A stretch of DNA of 64,000 nt from Akkermansia sp. (lineage in GTDB: Bacteria > Verrucomicrobiota > Verrucomicrobiia > Verrucomicrobiales > Akkermansiaceae): assembly GCA_017555025.1 (NCBI GenBank), contig JAFZHC010000040.1:1711-65710 (forward strand), in the 5' to 3' direction. A program made the position numbers and the translations under genes. The notes below the pieces were generated by a model, which saw only the letters and a program-made list of their open reading frames with translations, did not search any database and had not been told where the DNA came from. This document shows, in pieces, positions 9,166 through 18,201 of the stretch; within the stretch, counting starts at the first letter, position 1, and every line of letters starts with the position of its first letter.

Positions 9166-10560
9166 TTATTCGTACACTACGATGATTCTGGCAACGGCGG
9201 GTAATTCTGAGCGCAGTTTGCGGTTAATGGCCGTCAGGCGCTCATGGCTTTCCTGTACATTAAGGCAGCATTCCTGCGGTATGGTGATGATGCAGAAACG
9301 GCGGTTGCCGGCTGTGTAGAGGCTGATGCCGGTTGGCAAGGGGGCACCGCTGGTAATCATTGCCTGGCGCACCAGTTGCTCCCAATCATCGGGTACAGGG
9401 GTGGCGTAGGCGGGGATTTCGCGCAGGTCGGGCTCAACATGCACCATCACTCGGTCGGCGTTCAGTCGCAGGCTGACTTCTTTGCGGAAGGCCTGAATGG
9501 CAATGTGCCAGCTATCGAGCGAGGCGTTCCCCGGCAATTCGAGGTCAGCAAATACGGTGTAGCCCTGTTCACTCTGCATGAGCACTAAGCCATGCACGCC
9601 GAAGCGGTGGGTGAGGGCAATGCGGCGCACCAGCATTTCGTGTGAGTCGGGTTCGGCATCTTTGGGGTGCATGTGTACTGCTGTTTCGGCACCCGGCAGG
9701 GCGGCAGAAATAAGCTCTTCGATTGCCTCTGATATATCGTGAGCGGTATCTACGTGCAGTTCTCGGGGTACGGCCACCACCATTTCAATGTAAGCTTTGT
9801 TGCCCACCTCGCGCACGCGCAAGGTTTGTAAAGGGTAGGCAGGCATGCGCTCTGCCATCAGGCGGCGTACCGTGCGGGCGGATTCCCCGTCGGTCTTGTC
9901 CATCAGATTGTTGATGGATTTACAGCCCAGCTCCCAGCAGATGTGCAGAATCAGCACAGCAACGGCCAGCGAGGCCAGTACGTCCGCACGTAGGAGCAGC
10001 CAGTTAAGCCAACTGCCCTCAAGGGTCATGTGAGCGACTGCTGCACCGCTGATACCCAGCAACACCGCAGCACTACTCCAGATGTCGGAGGCAAAGTGCG
10101 CGGCATCGGCCTCGAGCGCATCGCTTTTCGTCTCCTTGGCCACGCGTTTGAGCATGGCGGCGCGGTTAATGTCCACCACCAGCGAGACGATGATGACTAC
10201 AAAGGCCCATACATTTGTCTCCACATGTAGAGCCTCGGCGCTATCGCTGGTCAGGCGCTCAATGGCCTCCATAATAACCCAACCGGCGGTGATGAGCAGC
10301 AGCAGCGTTTCTGCCAGGGCGGTGAGGCTCTCCACGCGCCCGTGCCCGTAGGGGTGTTCGGCATCGGCCGGGCGTGCAGCCAGCTTAACCGCAAAATATG
10401 TACCGAGAGCCGCCAGCATATCAAGCGCACTATGCAGCGCCTCCGACAGTATACCCAGTGAGCCCGTCACAATTCCCACGATAAACTTCATGACCGTGAG
10501 CAATGCGCTCCACAAGACGGAAGACCCGGCGGCGATGGCTTTCTTTGTATCGGCATCCAT
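9166..10560 (-). CDS. Cation diffusion facilitator (FieF-like) with three tandem C-terminal dimerisation-type domains
   Basis: SEALHSALD, HPYGHGRVESL, ADAAHFASD; three ~75-aa repeats ending VHMHP, VHVEP and IVVYE. Confidence 0.9.
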   Translation of the reverse strand: MDADTKKAIAAGSSVLWSALLTVMKFIVGIVTGSLGILSEALHSALDMLAALGTYFAVKLAARPADAEHPYGHGRVESLTALAETLLLLITAGWVIMEAIERLTSDSAEALHVETNVWAFVVIIVSLVVDINRAAMLKRVAKETKSDALEADAAHFASDIWSSAAVLLGISGAAVAHMTLEGSWLNWLLLRADVLASLAVAVLILHICWELGCKSINNLMDKTDGESARTVRRLMAERMPAYPLQTLRVREVGNKAYIEMVVAVPRELHVDTAHDISEAIEELISAALPGAETAVHMHPKDAEPDSHEMLVRRIALTHRFGVHGLVLMQSEQGYTVFADLELPGNASLDSWHIAIQAFRKEVSLRLNADRVMVHVEPDLREIPAYATPVPDDWEQLVRQAMITSGAPLPTGISLYTAGNRRFCIITIPQECCLNVQESHERLTAINRKLRSELPAVARIIVVYE

Positions 10561-10571
10561 AGTGTGGCCTC

Positions 10572-10601
10572 ATGATAGCACACCGTATGTGCTTTAGTCA
10601 A
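10572..10601 (-). promoter_or_regulatory. Promoter of the CDF gene with a dyad in the spacer
   Basis: TTGACT-18-TATCAT; AGCACA-N5-TGTGCT inverted repeat at 10577-10593. Confidence 0.55.
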
Positions 10602-10630
10602 GACAAACTGATGTCGCGACAAAGGCCGCA

Positions 10631-11122
10631 TCATACGAGCTGAGCGGCCATGGTAAGGGCGGCTATGAGGGGTGCCAGACAGCGTGTCGCCGTTAGTTCG
10701 AAGGGGTAGGGGGCAGATAGGTCGATGGGGGAGGCTGCAATGTAAGCACCAATGCAGAGATTGAGTTCTTGTTGGCTGAGTTTATATTTGCTGCGTTGGC
10801 GGTGCAATAGCAGCTCCGTTGCAATGGTGCAGAGCAGGGTGAGGGTGAAAACCCCGGTACTGAACATGTGGCAGATGAACAATGTGAGGTTAACCGGTAT
10901 GGAGAGCAGCAGCAGAGACAGCAGATTGGCCGCTGAACGTCCGATAGCCCGTTGTTCTGCCGGCATGGTACGGTAGCATTTCTCGAGTTTATTGATGGAA
11001 ATGCCGACAAGCTTGCAGATGAGGGCTCGCGTGAAGTAATACAACACCCCCAAGGGAATGAGCAGGAACAGTAGCTCGAAGTGGGCCTGTAGTGTAGGGG
11101 AGTTGAACATGGAGAAAGTCAA
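10631..11122 (-). CDS. Hypothetical membrane protein
   Basis: Several hydrophobic segments; TTG start overlaps the upstream stop (an ATG at 11110 is an alternative). Confidence 0.5.
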   Translation of the reverse strand: MTFSMFNSPTLQAHFELLFLLIPLGVLYYFTRALICKLVGISINKLEKCYRTMPAEQRAIGRSAANLLSLLLLSIPVNLTLFICHMFSTGVFTLTLLCTIATELLLHRQRSKYKLSQQELNLCIGAYIAASPIDLSAPYPFELTATRCLAPLIAALTMAAQLV

Positions 11123-11541
11123 TGCGCAAAAAAGCCGAGGTATAGCAACTCTTCCTGTGGGTTGTACACCACCCAGCGCACTCGGTTGGCGATTTCGTTG
11201 TTGAGGTAAATGACAGAATCAGATTGTCGAATCTCGTGGAGAGTGGGGAAAAAGCACTCGGTGGGGGAAGCAACTTTTTGCCAGCCTTGGCCGGGGGTGA
11301 GCTGCTGAGCCTGTAAAGTGGCAAATTCCGAAGCTGCAAGGTTGTAGCGGAAGCGACATCCCAGCGGGTTAATTGCTTCCCAATCGGGGTTACAGACGGC
11401 GCCGGCTGCGGTGGGGTTAATGCCGACAAGTTTGAAGGCCGTGCGGGTCATGTCGGCTTTTTCAGCCGCAATGAAGCCCAGCATCAGCAGCACGGGTACC
11501 AGCAGAATCCATTTGAAAACGCGCAGCATGGTGTCTGTCAT
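11119..11541 (-). CDS. Hypothetical exported or membrane-anchored protein
   Basis: N-terminal hydrophobic helix; start overlaps the rseP stop (TAATG). Confidence 0.6.
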   Translation of the reverse strand: MTDTMLRVFKWILLVPVLLMLGFIAAEKADMTRTAFKLVGINPTAAGAVCNPDWEAINPLGCRFRYNLAASEFATLQAQQLTPGQGWQKVASPTECFFPTLHEIRQSDSVIYLNNEIANRVRWVVYNPQEELLYLGFFAH

Positions 11542-12986
11542 TAGGGTTGCGTGGTGGAGAATACCGGGGGCGGCAGTTGCTGCTCATCCTCACCGCTGCC
11601 CACATTATCACCAACATCCTTGAGGGTGATGAAAACAAACATGAACATGAGCAAGAAGACGAATGCCATGCTGATGGCGTCCACAATCTTGCTGTTCAGC
11701 GGTTTGCCACGCAGCAGCTCAATGAAGCCAAGCACCACGTGACCGCCGTCCACTACCGGCAGAGGAAGAATGTTGAGTATAGCCAAGTTGACGTTGAGAA
11801 CAACGGCAAACCACAGCACCAGGCGCCAGCCTACGCCGTCACCGGCCTGGAACATCTGGTACATATAGGTGCCGATGCCGACGGGGCCGCTGAGGTGCTC
11901 CATGCCGATGCTGCTGCCGGGGGCGCAGACTTTGGCGATGGTCTCTTTCATCCATTTGAGGCTTTGGTTCACCTGAGCCTGGGGGGCGGGGTGCTCAAAC
12001 TTTACCTCTACATCTGCTACCAGCCAGCTGAAGCCCATGATGGGGTGTGCGCCGCTCATGCCCTGCCAGTTGGTAGGGGTGGCGGGGGTCAGCTCAGCTG
12101 TAGTGGTGCTGCCATCGCTGTTGCTGAGGGTGAGCTGCAGGGGGCTGCCCTTTTCTGCTTCGGCCATGACGGCATAGGGGGTATAGACGGCGGTGCCGTT
12201 GACTGCGGTGATGGTCTGCCCTTTCTTCAGGCCGGCTTGCTCGGCGGGAGAGCCGGGTATGATGTCGCCCACAATGGCTGGCTGTACGGGCATGATGCCG
12301 ACCTGACGCAGAGCGCTGCGCTGCCACCACGATGTTTCAGGTACTTTATAACCGCTGGTGATTTCGAGTGTCTGCTCTGTGCCATCTGCCATGGGGCGAG
12401 AGACGGTGAAGTGAATGGTCTCGCCCTCGCCGAGGGCGATGAGCTCACGCACACCCTCCATGTTGCCGGCCCATTTGGTAACGCTGCGGCCATCGATGGC
12501 AAGGATGCGGTCCCCCGGCTGCAAGGCTGATTCGGCAGCGGCTGAATTGGGGGCGATGTAGCCAATGACGGTGTCTTCCATCTCGGCAACGGGCTTGCCT
12601 ACCCCCCATACGATTACGGCAAAGGCATAGGCCAGCAGCAGGGAGAAAAGCGGACCGGCGGCGGCAATGATAATTTTGTCAATCGCTTTGAGGGGTTTAA
12701 GGTCTTTCGGCATATCGGCTTTGCCCTCAATGCTCTGCATGTCCTCCAGCTGGGGCAGGGATACGAAGCCGCCCAAGGGCAGCCAGCCTATGCCCCAACG
12801 CACGCCTTTGATTGTTTTACTCCAAATGGGCTTGCCGAACCAGATTTGAAAACGGTCGATGTAGGCACCGCGCCATTTGCCGGCAAGGAAATGACCCAGC
12901 TCATGCACAAAAATCATGAGATTGAAGAACAGAATGACCAGCAATATAATGCCTGCGGTCTGAAGTGCAGAAAGGATGGTTGCCAT
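11541..12986 (-). CDS. rseP: RIP metalloprotease RseP (M50, PDZ domains)
   Basis: FVHELGH, LPLGGFV, IAAAGP, two PDZ segments, LSGPVGI, NILPLPVVDGGH. Confidence 0.95.
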   Translation of the reverse strand: MATILSALQTAGIILLVILFFNLMIFVHELGHFLAGKWRGAYIDRFQIWFGKPIWSKTIKGVRWGIGWLPLGGFVSLPQLEDMQSIEGKADMPKDLKPLKAIDKIIIAAAGPLFSLLLAYAFAVIVWGVGKPVAEMEDTVIGYIAPNSAAAESALQPGDRILAIDGRSVTKWAGNMEGVRELIALGEGETIHFTVSRPMADGTEQTLEITSGYKVPETSWWQRSALRQVGIMPVQPAIVGDIIPGSPAEQAGLKKGQTITAVNGTAVYTPYAVMAEAEKGSPLQLTLSNSDGSTTTAELTPATPTNWQGMSGAHPIMGFSWLVADVEVKFEHPAPQAQVNQSLKWMKETIAKVCAPGSSIGMEHLSGPVGIGTYMYQMFQAGDGVGWRLVLWFAVVLNVNLAILNILPLPVVDGGHVVLGFIELLRGKPLNSKIVDAISMAFVFLLMFMFVFITLKDVGDNVGSGEDEQQLPPPVFSTTQP

Positions 12987-13136
12987 AATCGTTGTATTGC
13001 TGTTATCCTGCCACAGGCTGCTCGCTCTTGCAAGCTTTCCTTCTGCCATAATGTGTCAAAATTGTCACATTAAAATCATTAAAATTTGGCTTGACCTTTT
13101 AATGGCTCTATGTTCTAATGTCCTGCATTCAGAGCA

Positions 13137-13646
13137 ATGACTGCCAAAGCAACACGTTACACCATCTCTTCTCTCGCCCGCAAGACCGGGTTGTCAGTCC
13201 ATACTCTCCGTTTCTATGAGAAGGAGGGTATCATTCGCCATGTAGAGCGTACTTCATCCGGCCGTCGTGTGTACGGTGAAGATGCCGTAGCCTGCCTGAT
13301 TGGTGCACTTTGTCTTAAGCAGGCCCGTGTGACGCTGGCTCAGATTAAGGAGTTTTTCGATGCAACGGTAAAGGGTGAGGAATCGCTGCCGCACCGCCTT
13401 GAGATGTTGACTCAGGCTCACAACAACCTGCTGGATATGCAGGAGGGGATTGCCCGCAGCCTGAAGCTGGTAGACTTTTTCATTGCCGGCACCAAAGATG
13501 CTATTGCTGCGATGAAGTGTGGCGATAATCCCGATGAGGCTTTCCCGCTGATTACCCGTGCCGGTATTACAGCGCTGCCGACCATGTTGGAGGATGGCAA
13601 GCTGGCTCCTGACATTGCCTCGCTGTTTGCGTCGTTTGAAAAATAA
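13137..13646 (+). CDS. MerR-family transcriptional regulator (AdhR/YyaN-like)
   Basis: YTISSLARKTGLSVHTLRFYEKEG...SSGRRVY wHTH followed by a coiled coil; upstream TTGACC-19-TAATGT (13091-13121). Confidence 0.9.
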   Translation: MTAKATRYTISSLARKTGLSVHTLRFYEKEGIIRHVERTSSGRRVYGEDAVACLIGALCLKQARVTLAQIKEFFDATVKGEESLPHRLEMLTQAHNNLLDMQEGIARSLKLVDFFIAGTKDAIAAMKCGDNPDEAFPLITRAGITALPTMLEDGKLAPDIASLFASFEK

Positions 13647-13669
13647 TTTTTACTGTTGATTTAGTGTAT

Positions 13670-13704
13670 AAGAAGCGCAGCTCCCTGATGGGGGCTGCGC
13701 TTCT
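13670..13704. terminator. Bidirectional hairpin terminator between merR and htpG
   Basis: AAGAAGCGCAGC..GCTGCGCTTCTT stem. Confidence 0.8.
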
Positions 13705-13730
13705 TGCATAGTAGCTTGTCAGCTGTCGGC

Positions 13731-15572
13731 TTATTTGCTGAGGAGTTTTTCCAGCAGCGCCTGAGAGTTGTCAGCAAGCTTGGCCGGGTCATCGAGCATG
13801 CCGGCACGCAGCAGGGCGGTGTTGATGAGCTGATCTGCCAGCAGGGTGGCAAGCTCCTCGTTCTCCGTACGCAGGGCTGCGAGTTTCTGCACGATGGGGT
13901 TGTGCGGGTTGAAGGCAATCTCCGGGTGCGTCTCGGGAACGGGTTGTCCCATCGCCTTGAGGTAGGCCTTAATTTCGGGGGAGATATCGTTCTCGCCCTG
14001 TAGTGCGATGGCGGGCGCTGAGCTCACTCGGTCGCTGGTAGTTACTTTGCTGAAGGAATCCTTGAAGGTTTCGGTTACCCATTCGGTGAGAGCCTTGGCC
14101 TGTTCTTCGTCCAGGCCGGGGCGGTCGGGCTGACCTTCCAGCGGGGGCAAATCAAGGTTGGCGCGGTCGATGGACTTAATCTCCTTGTCCTCCACCTTCA
14201 TGAGGCTTTCGACGACGAATTGGTCGCCGCCATCGGTGAAGAAAGCCACTTCAAAGCCGCGAGCTTGCAGCGCATCCAAGTAGGGGCTGTGCTCCAGCTG
14301 TGCTCGGGACGCGCCGAAGAGCACGTAGACATCCTTCTGGTTTTCCTTCATGCGGCTCACATAATCGGCAAAGGAGGTCAGTTTGCCGGGCTCAGTAAAG
14401 GTGGACTCGAAGCGCAGCAGCTTGCCCAAGGTATCCTTGTGCTCCCAAGAGGTCACGATACCTTCTTTCACAAAGCGGCTGTAACGGCGCCAGAACTCCT
14501 CGTATTTTTCAGCGTCGTCCTTGGCGAGCCCCTCGAGGTGCTTGATGAAGCGCTTGGTGATGATGCCGGAGATGCGGCGCAGCAGGGAGTTGTCCTGCAG
14601 CATTTCACGGGAGATGTTCAGGGGCAGGTCTTCGCTGTCTACCACACCGGTGAGGAAACGCAGCCACTCGGGCAGCAGGTTGTCGGGCTTGCTGTCGATG
14701 AGTACTTTGTGGCAGTAGAGTGCTACATTGGGCTCGCAGCGGCCAAAGCCCATGGCCTCGGGATTGTCCTCGGGGACAAACAGAACTGAGTTGAGAACGA
14801 TGGGAGCATCGGCGCTGAAGTGCATGTAGGTCAGAGGGGAGCTCTCGCTGTGAGCGGTGAACTTGTAGAAAGCCTCATACTCTTCGGGCTTGACGTCCTT
14901 CTTGTTCTTCATCCAGATGGCCTGCACGGTGTTGAGGTGCTCGCCGTTGAAGTCAATGGGGAAACCTACGAAGTTGCTGTACTTGTTGATGATGTGGCGT
15001 ACATGCTCAGCGCGGGCAAAGTCGGTGGCGTCATCCTTGAGGTGGATGCGGATGGCTGTGCCGCGAGGTGTGTCGGCGGGGGCGTCTTCCATGGTGTAAC
15101 CCTCCTTGCCATCGCTGGTCCATTTCACGGCTGTAGCATCGGGCTGCCAGGAGCGGGTGGTGACTTCCACCTTGTCGGCTGCCATGAATACGCTGTAGAA
15201 GCCTACGCCGAACTGGCCGATGAGGTCCTGTGTGCCGCCCTTGCTCTCCTTCATCATTTCCAGGAACTTCTTGGTGCCGGAGTGAGCAATGGTGCCGAGG
15301 TACTCCACAACCTCGTCACGGGTCATGCCGATACCGGCATCGGCGATGGTGAGGGTTTTGCCCTCCTCATCGGTGGTGATGGTGATGCGCAGCTCGCGCT
15401 CCGGCTCATAGACGGTGGCGTTGGTGAGTTGCTTCAGGCGCAGCTTTTCGAGGGCGTCAGAGGCATTGGAGACAAGCTCACGCACAAAGACCTCGCGGTC
15501 GCTGTAGAAGGCGTGAATGACGATGTCGAGCAACTGTCGTACTTCTGTCTGAAATTGATGTGTATTGGCCAT
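13731..15572 (-). CDS. htpG: Molecular chaperone HtpG (Hsp90)
   Basis: FQTEV, EVFVRELVSNASDALEK, DAGIGM, IAHSGT, IGQFGVGFYS; start MANTH at 15572. Confidence 0.96.
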   Translation of the reverse strand: MANTHQFQTEVRQLLDIVIHAFYSDREVFVRELVSNASDALEKLRLKQLTNATVYEPERELRITITTDEEGKTLTIADAGIGMTRDEVVEYLGTIAHSGTKKFLEMMKESKGGTQDLIGQFGVGFYSVFMAADKVEVTTRSWQPDATAVKWTSDGKEGYTMEDAPADTPRGTAIRIHLKDDATDFARAEHVRHIINKYSNFVGFPIDFNGEHLNTVQAIWMKNKKDVKPEEYEAFYKFTAHSESSPLTYMHFSADAPIVLNSVLFVPEDNPEAMGFGRCEPNVALYCHKVLIDSKPDNLLPEWLRFLTGVVDSEDLPLNISREMLQDNSLLRRISGIITKRFIKHLEGLAKDDAEKYEEFWRRYSRFVKEGIVTSWEHKDTLGKLLRFESTFTEPGKLTSFADYVSRMKENQKDVYVLFGASRAQLEHSPYLDALQARGFEVAFFTDGGDQFVVESLMKVEDKEIKSIDRANLDLPPLEGQPDRPGLDEEQAKALTEWVTETFKDSFSKVTTSDRVSSAPAIALQGENDISPEIKAYLKAMGQPVPETHPEIAFNPHNPIVQKLAALRTENEELATLLADQLINTALLRAGMLDDPAKLADNSQALLEKLLSK

Positions 15573-15692
15573 AATGGTTGAGAAAATCGTGCCTCCTATT
15601 CTACGCGCGTGCGCGGCGGCGTCAAGGGCAATGCATGTCAGCAGCCTCATGCTGCCCGCTACTCGGGTGAGGTCGTGGAAATGGTAATCAAA

Positions 15693-15723
15693 ACGGCACT
15701 GTTTCGCGTGGAAACAGTGCCGT
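15693..15723. terminator. Hairpin downstream of the 34-aa peptide gene
   Basis: ACGGCACTGTTTC-GCGTG-GAAACAGTGCCGT perfect 13-bp stem. Confidence 0.75.
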
Positions 15724-15767
15724 GAGAAAGAACAGCGTCGCTTGCGGACGTGGCCTAAGCGCGCAGC

Positions 15768-15872
15768 TTAGGACTTGTAACGCAAACGCTTCTTGTGGCG
15801 GTTCTGGCGCATGCGCTTGCTGCGCTTGTGCTTGTTGATCTTAGCCTTACGTCTCTTCTTAAGCGATCCCAT
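15768..15872 (-). CDS. 34-aa highly basic peptide, AURKAIP1/COX24 (bS22/mS38-like) small ribosomal protein family; absent from the ORF track
   Basis: MGSLKKRRKAKINKHKRSKRMRQNRHKKRLRYKS*, matching the MGS..KKRRK.M.KHK..K family pattern. Confidence 0.85.
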   Translation of the reverse strand: MGSLKKRRKAKINKHKRSKRMRQNRHKKRLRYKS

Positions 15873-16072
15873 AATTGTTTATGATGTCGTTTGTGGTTTC
15901 TCTTTTGGGAGAGGTGTCTGTCGGCCTACCTGTTTAACAGGATGGGCTCAACGATGTCGTCAGCACTCACTATCTGCGGTCAGGTTGAGAGCATCAGAGC
16001 ATTACGGGGAGATATGGAACTATTTTTTCGGGTAAAAGTCAAGCCGAAAGCGCTTTGTGAACACACTTTTTG

Positions 16073-16906
16073 TCATTTCTGGCATGATACCCGCTCACGG
16101 AACCAGGTTTGCAGAGCTTGCAGCACGCCTGCCTCGGGGGAGATGTAACCGGTGTGGCGCTGCTGCATCCATTGCAGGATTTCCGGGTGAGCTGTAGCGG
16201 GTATTGCACAGAAGGCGTGAGGAAAATGGCAGAAGGCGTCTAAATCATTATGACCGTCGCCCATGATGAAGATATGCTCATCGGGCACCTGCCAGGCTTG
16301 GGAAATATAGCGCAGGGCCGTTCCTTTGGAAAATCGCTCATCGGAGAAGCGTAGGTAACGGCCGGCTCGTTGAATGGTGGCTCCGGGGATGAGCTGCATG
16401 CGCATATAGGGCATGAGAGCATCCATGGTAAAGGTATCGACAGCCTCGATAGAGAGCGGGTCACTAGCCGCAAGTTCCCACTCGAGTTCCGGGCGAGTGT
16501 GGCGGAGTTGTTCGAGTGCTGCGTGTAGGGAGGGTACCAATTTACGGCGCAGTTGTAGGTTAATCTGCATGCAGCGTTCATTATGGGTGGTTGCCGGTTG
16601 CAGCCGCCCCTCCTTGTCAGAAAGGTAGACGTAGCGCTCGCAGGTGCAGATGAAATCCGGCAGCACGGGGCTGCAGGGTATCAACTCCTGTAACAGGTAG
16701 TCCAGCGAGCGACCCGTGTTGATGCCCCATCGTACGCCGAAGCTTCGCCAGGTGGCCATCAGCTCAAAGAAGGCCGGAGCTACCGGCGGTTCGCTCTCGC
16801 TACGCAGGGTGCCGTCGTAATCAAGCGAGACGAGCCATCGGCACGGGCCATCCTGCGGGGCTGCCAGACCGGGGGGCCGACTACCCTCAGCAATGGTGGC
16901 GTTCAT
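16073..16906 (-). CDS. HAD-IIB family phosphatase
   Basis: SLDYDGTL, INTGRS, SKGTAL, MGDGHND motifs. Confidence 0.85.
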   Translation of the reverse strand: MNATIAEGSRPPGLAAPQDGPCRWLVSLDYDGTLRSESEPPVAPAFFELMATWRSFGVRWGINTGRSLDYLLQELIPCSPVLPDFICTCERYVYLSDKEGRLQPATTHNERCMQINLQLRRKLVPSLHAALEQLRHTRPELEWELAASDPLSIEAVDTFTMDALMPYMRMQLIPGATIQRAGRYLRFSDERFSKGTALRYISQAWQVPDEHIFIMGDGHNDLDAFCHFPHAFCAIPATAHPEILQWMQQRHTGYISPEAGVLQALQTWFRERVSCQK

Positions 16907-18186
16907 TACCGTTTGTTGCGTTTGTTACCGTTGTTGCGGCGGTTATTGTTGTTTTTCTTATCCTGAGCGGGAGCCGCGGTTGCCTCACCATTGTTATGGG
17001 AGGCTGCCGGATATGTTTTGGGTATGACTACCCCGGCAGAGAGCTGTGCGCTAAGCTTGTTAGTGAGGTCGACCTTATACTTATCATTCTCGCAGCCCGG
17101 GGGCAGGGGCTCGGAGGGTTTGCGCATGTGAATTTCCACACGGCGATTGAGCGCCTGAGCATTGCGGTCGCCGTTCGTGTCTGCTAACGGTGAATTATCG
17201 GCGCAGGCGCGAATGAAGACGTTGTTGGTGGGAATGCTGTTGGACTTGAGCCACTCACGCACGGCAGCAGCGCGCTGAAGTGAGAGCAGGGCATTGTAGG
17301 CGGGGCCGCCTATGCTGTCTGTATGACCTTCGATAATGAATTTGGTCTCGGGGTTTTTGCGGATGAGGGCAGCCAGTTGCAGCATGGTAATACGGGCGGC
17401 ACTCTTGAGCTTGCATTCATTGAAGCCGAAAAGTACGTCAGACCCCAGACGAGCCACACCCGAGGCGGCTCCCAGATTCTTTTCACCAATGAGGTCGGAG
17501 AGCGAACGTCCGTCGCCCGGCAGGTTGCCGCTCTGGCTGGCCTGAGCTGTTTTGATGAGGTCAGAATCGACAGCATTACCATCCTGCTCGACCACATCGA
17601 GCTGAGCGGTGGCGTTGGCAACAACAGCGTTGTGGTTAATGGGGGTGGGCTCGGGCATGTCGAGCGCCTCCTCAGGCATGCTGGGTACGCTCAGCATGCC
17701 GGCATCGAGCTCGCCGGGTTTGATTTCACTCACGGCAGAGGGCTCTTCGGGGGTGGAAATGGGCTCAGGTACGCTCAAATCCGTTTCGCCGGGGGCCATG
17801 ATGAGCTCTTCGATATTTTCGGCATCGAGGATGTCAATTTCTGCCGGTTCCTGCTCAATCTGCTGTATTTCTGTGGGCTCTTCGGTTTCTATCGGTGTGT
17901 CTGCCTCGATGAGCTCTTTTTCGGGTACCTCTTTAACCACCACGCGTACATAGTCGTCCTTCACCTCGTCTACGTGGTCGTTGAGCACCTTCATCTCAAA
18001 GGCAAAGATGGCCGGGGCGTAGTAGTACAGAAGGCAATAGACCATGACGGAGGCAAGTCCTGCGCCGAGGGCAATGGGGAACATGTCTCGCTGGCTGGTG
18101 AGTTCGTAGCCGTTTCTCTTGCGGTTGCCGTTACCTCGTTTGTGATGACGGCGGGGTGTAGTGTCGAGTGATGAGGCGTTAAACAT
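16906..18186 (-). CDS. Membrane-anchored OmpA/MotB-like peptidoglycan-binding protein
   Basis: N-terminal TM, acidic Pro-rich linker, DVLFGFN, IEGHTDSIG, LSLQRA, NRRVEI. Confidence 0.85.
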   Translation of the reverse strand: MFNASSLDTTPRRHHKRGNGNRKRNGYELTSQRDMFPIALGAGLASVMVYCLLYYYAPAIFAFEMKVLNDHVDEVKDDYVRVVVKEVPEKELIEADTPIETEEPTEIQQIEQEPAEIDILDAENIEELIMAPGETDLSVPEPISTPEEPSAVSEIKPGELDAGMLSVPSMPEEALDMPEPTPINHNAVVANATAQLDVVEQDGNAVDSDLIKTAQASQSGNLPGDGRSLSDLIGEKNLGAASGVARLGSDVLFGFNECKLKSAARITMLQLAALIRKNPETKFIIEGHTDSIGGPAYNALLSLQRAAAVREWLKSNSIPTNNVFIRACADNSPLADTNGDRNAQALNRRVEIHMRKPSEPLPPGCENDKYKVDLTNKLSAQLSAGVVIPKTYPAASHNNGEATAAPAQDKKNNNNRRNNGNKRNKR

Positions 18187-18201
18187 TTTTTTGCGAAGCT
18201 G

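Noticed and set aside
13050-13071. CRP/Rex-type site
   Set aside because: The half-site spacing is N8, not the N6 of TGTGA-N6-TCACA; kept only as an unknown palindrome.
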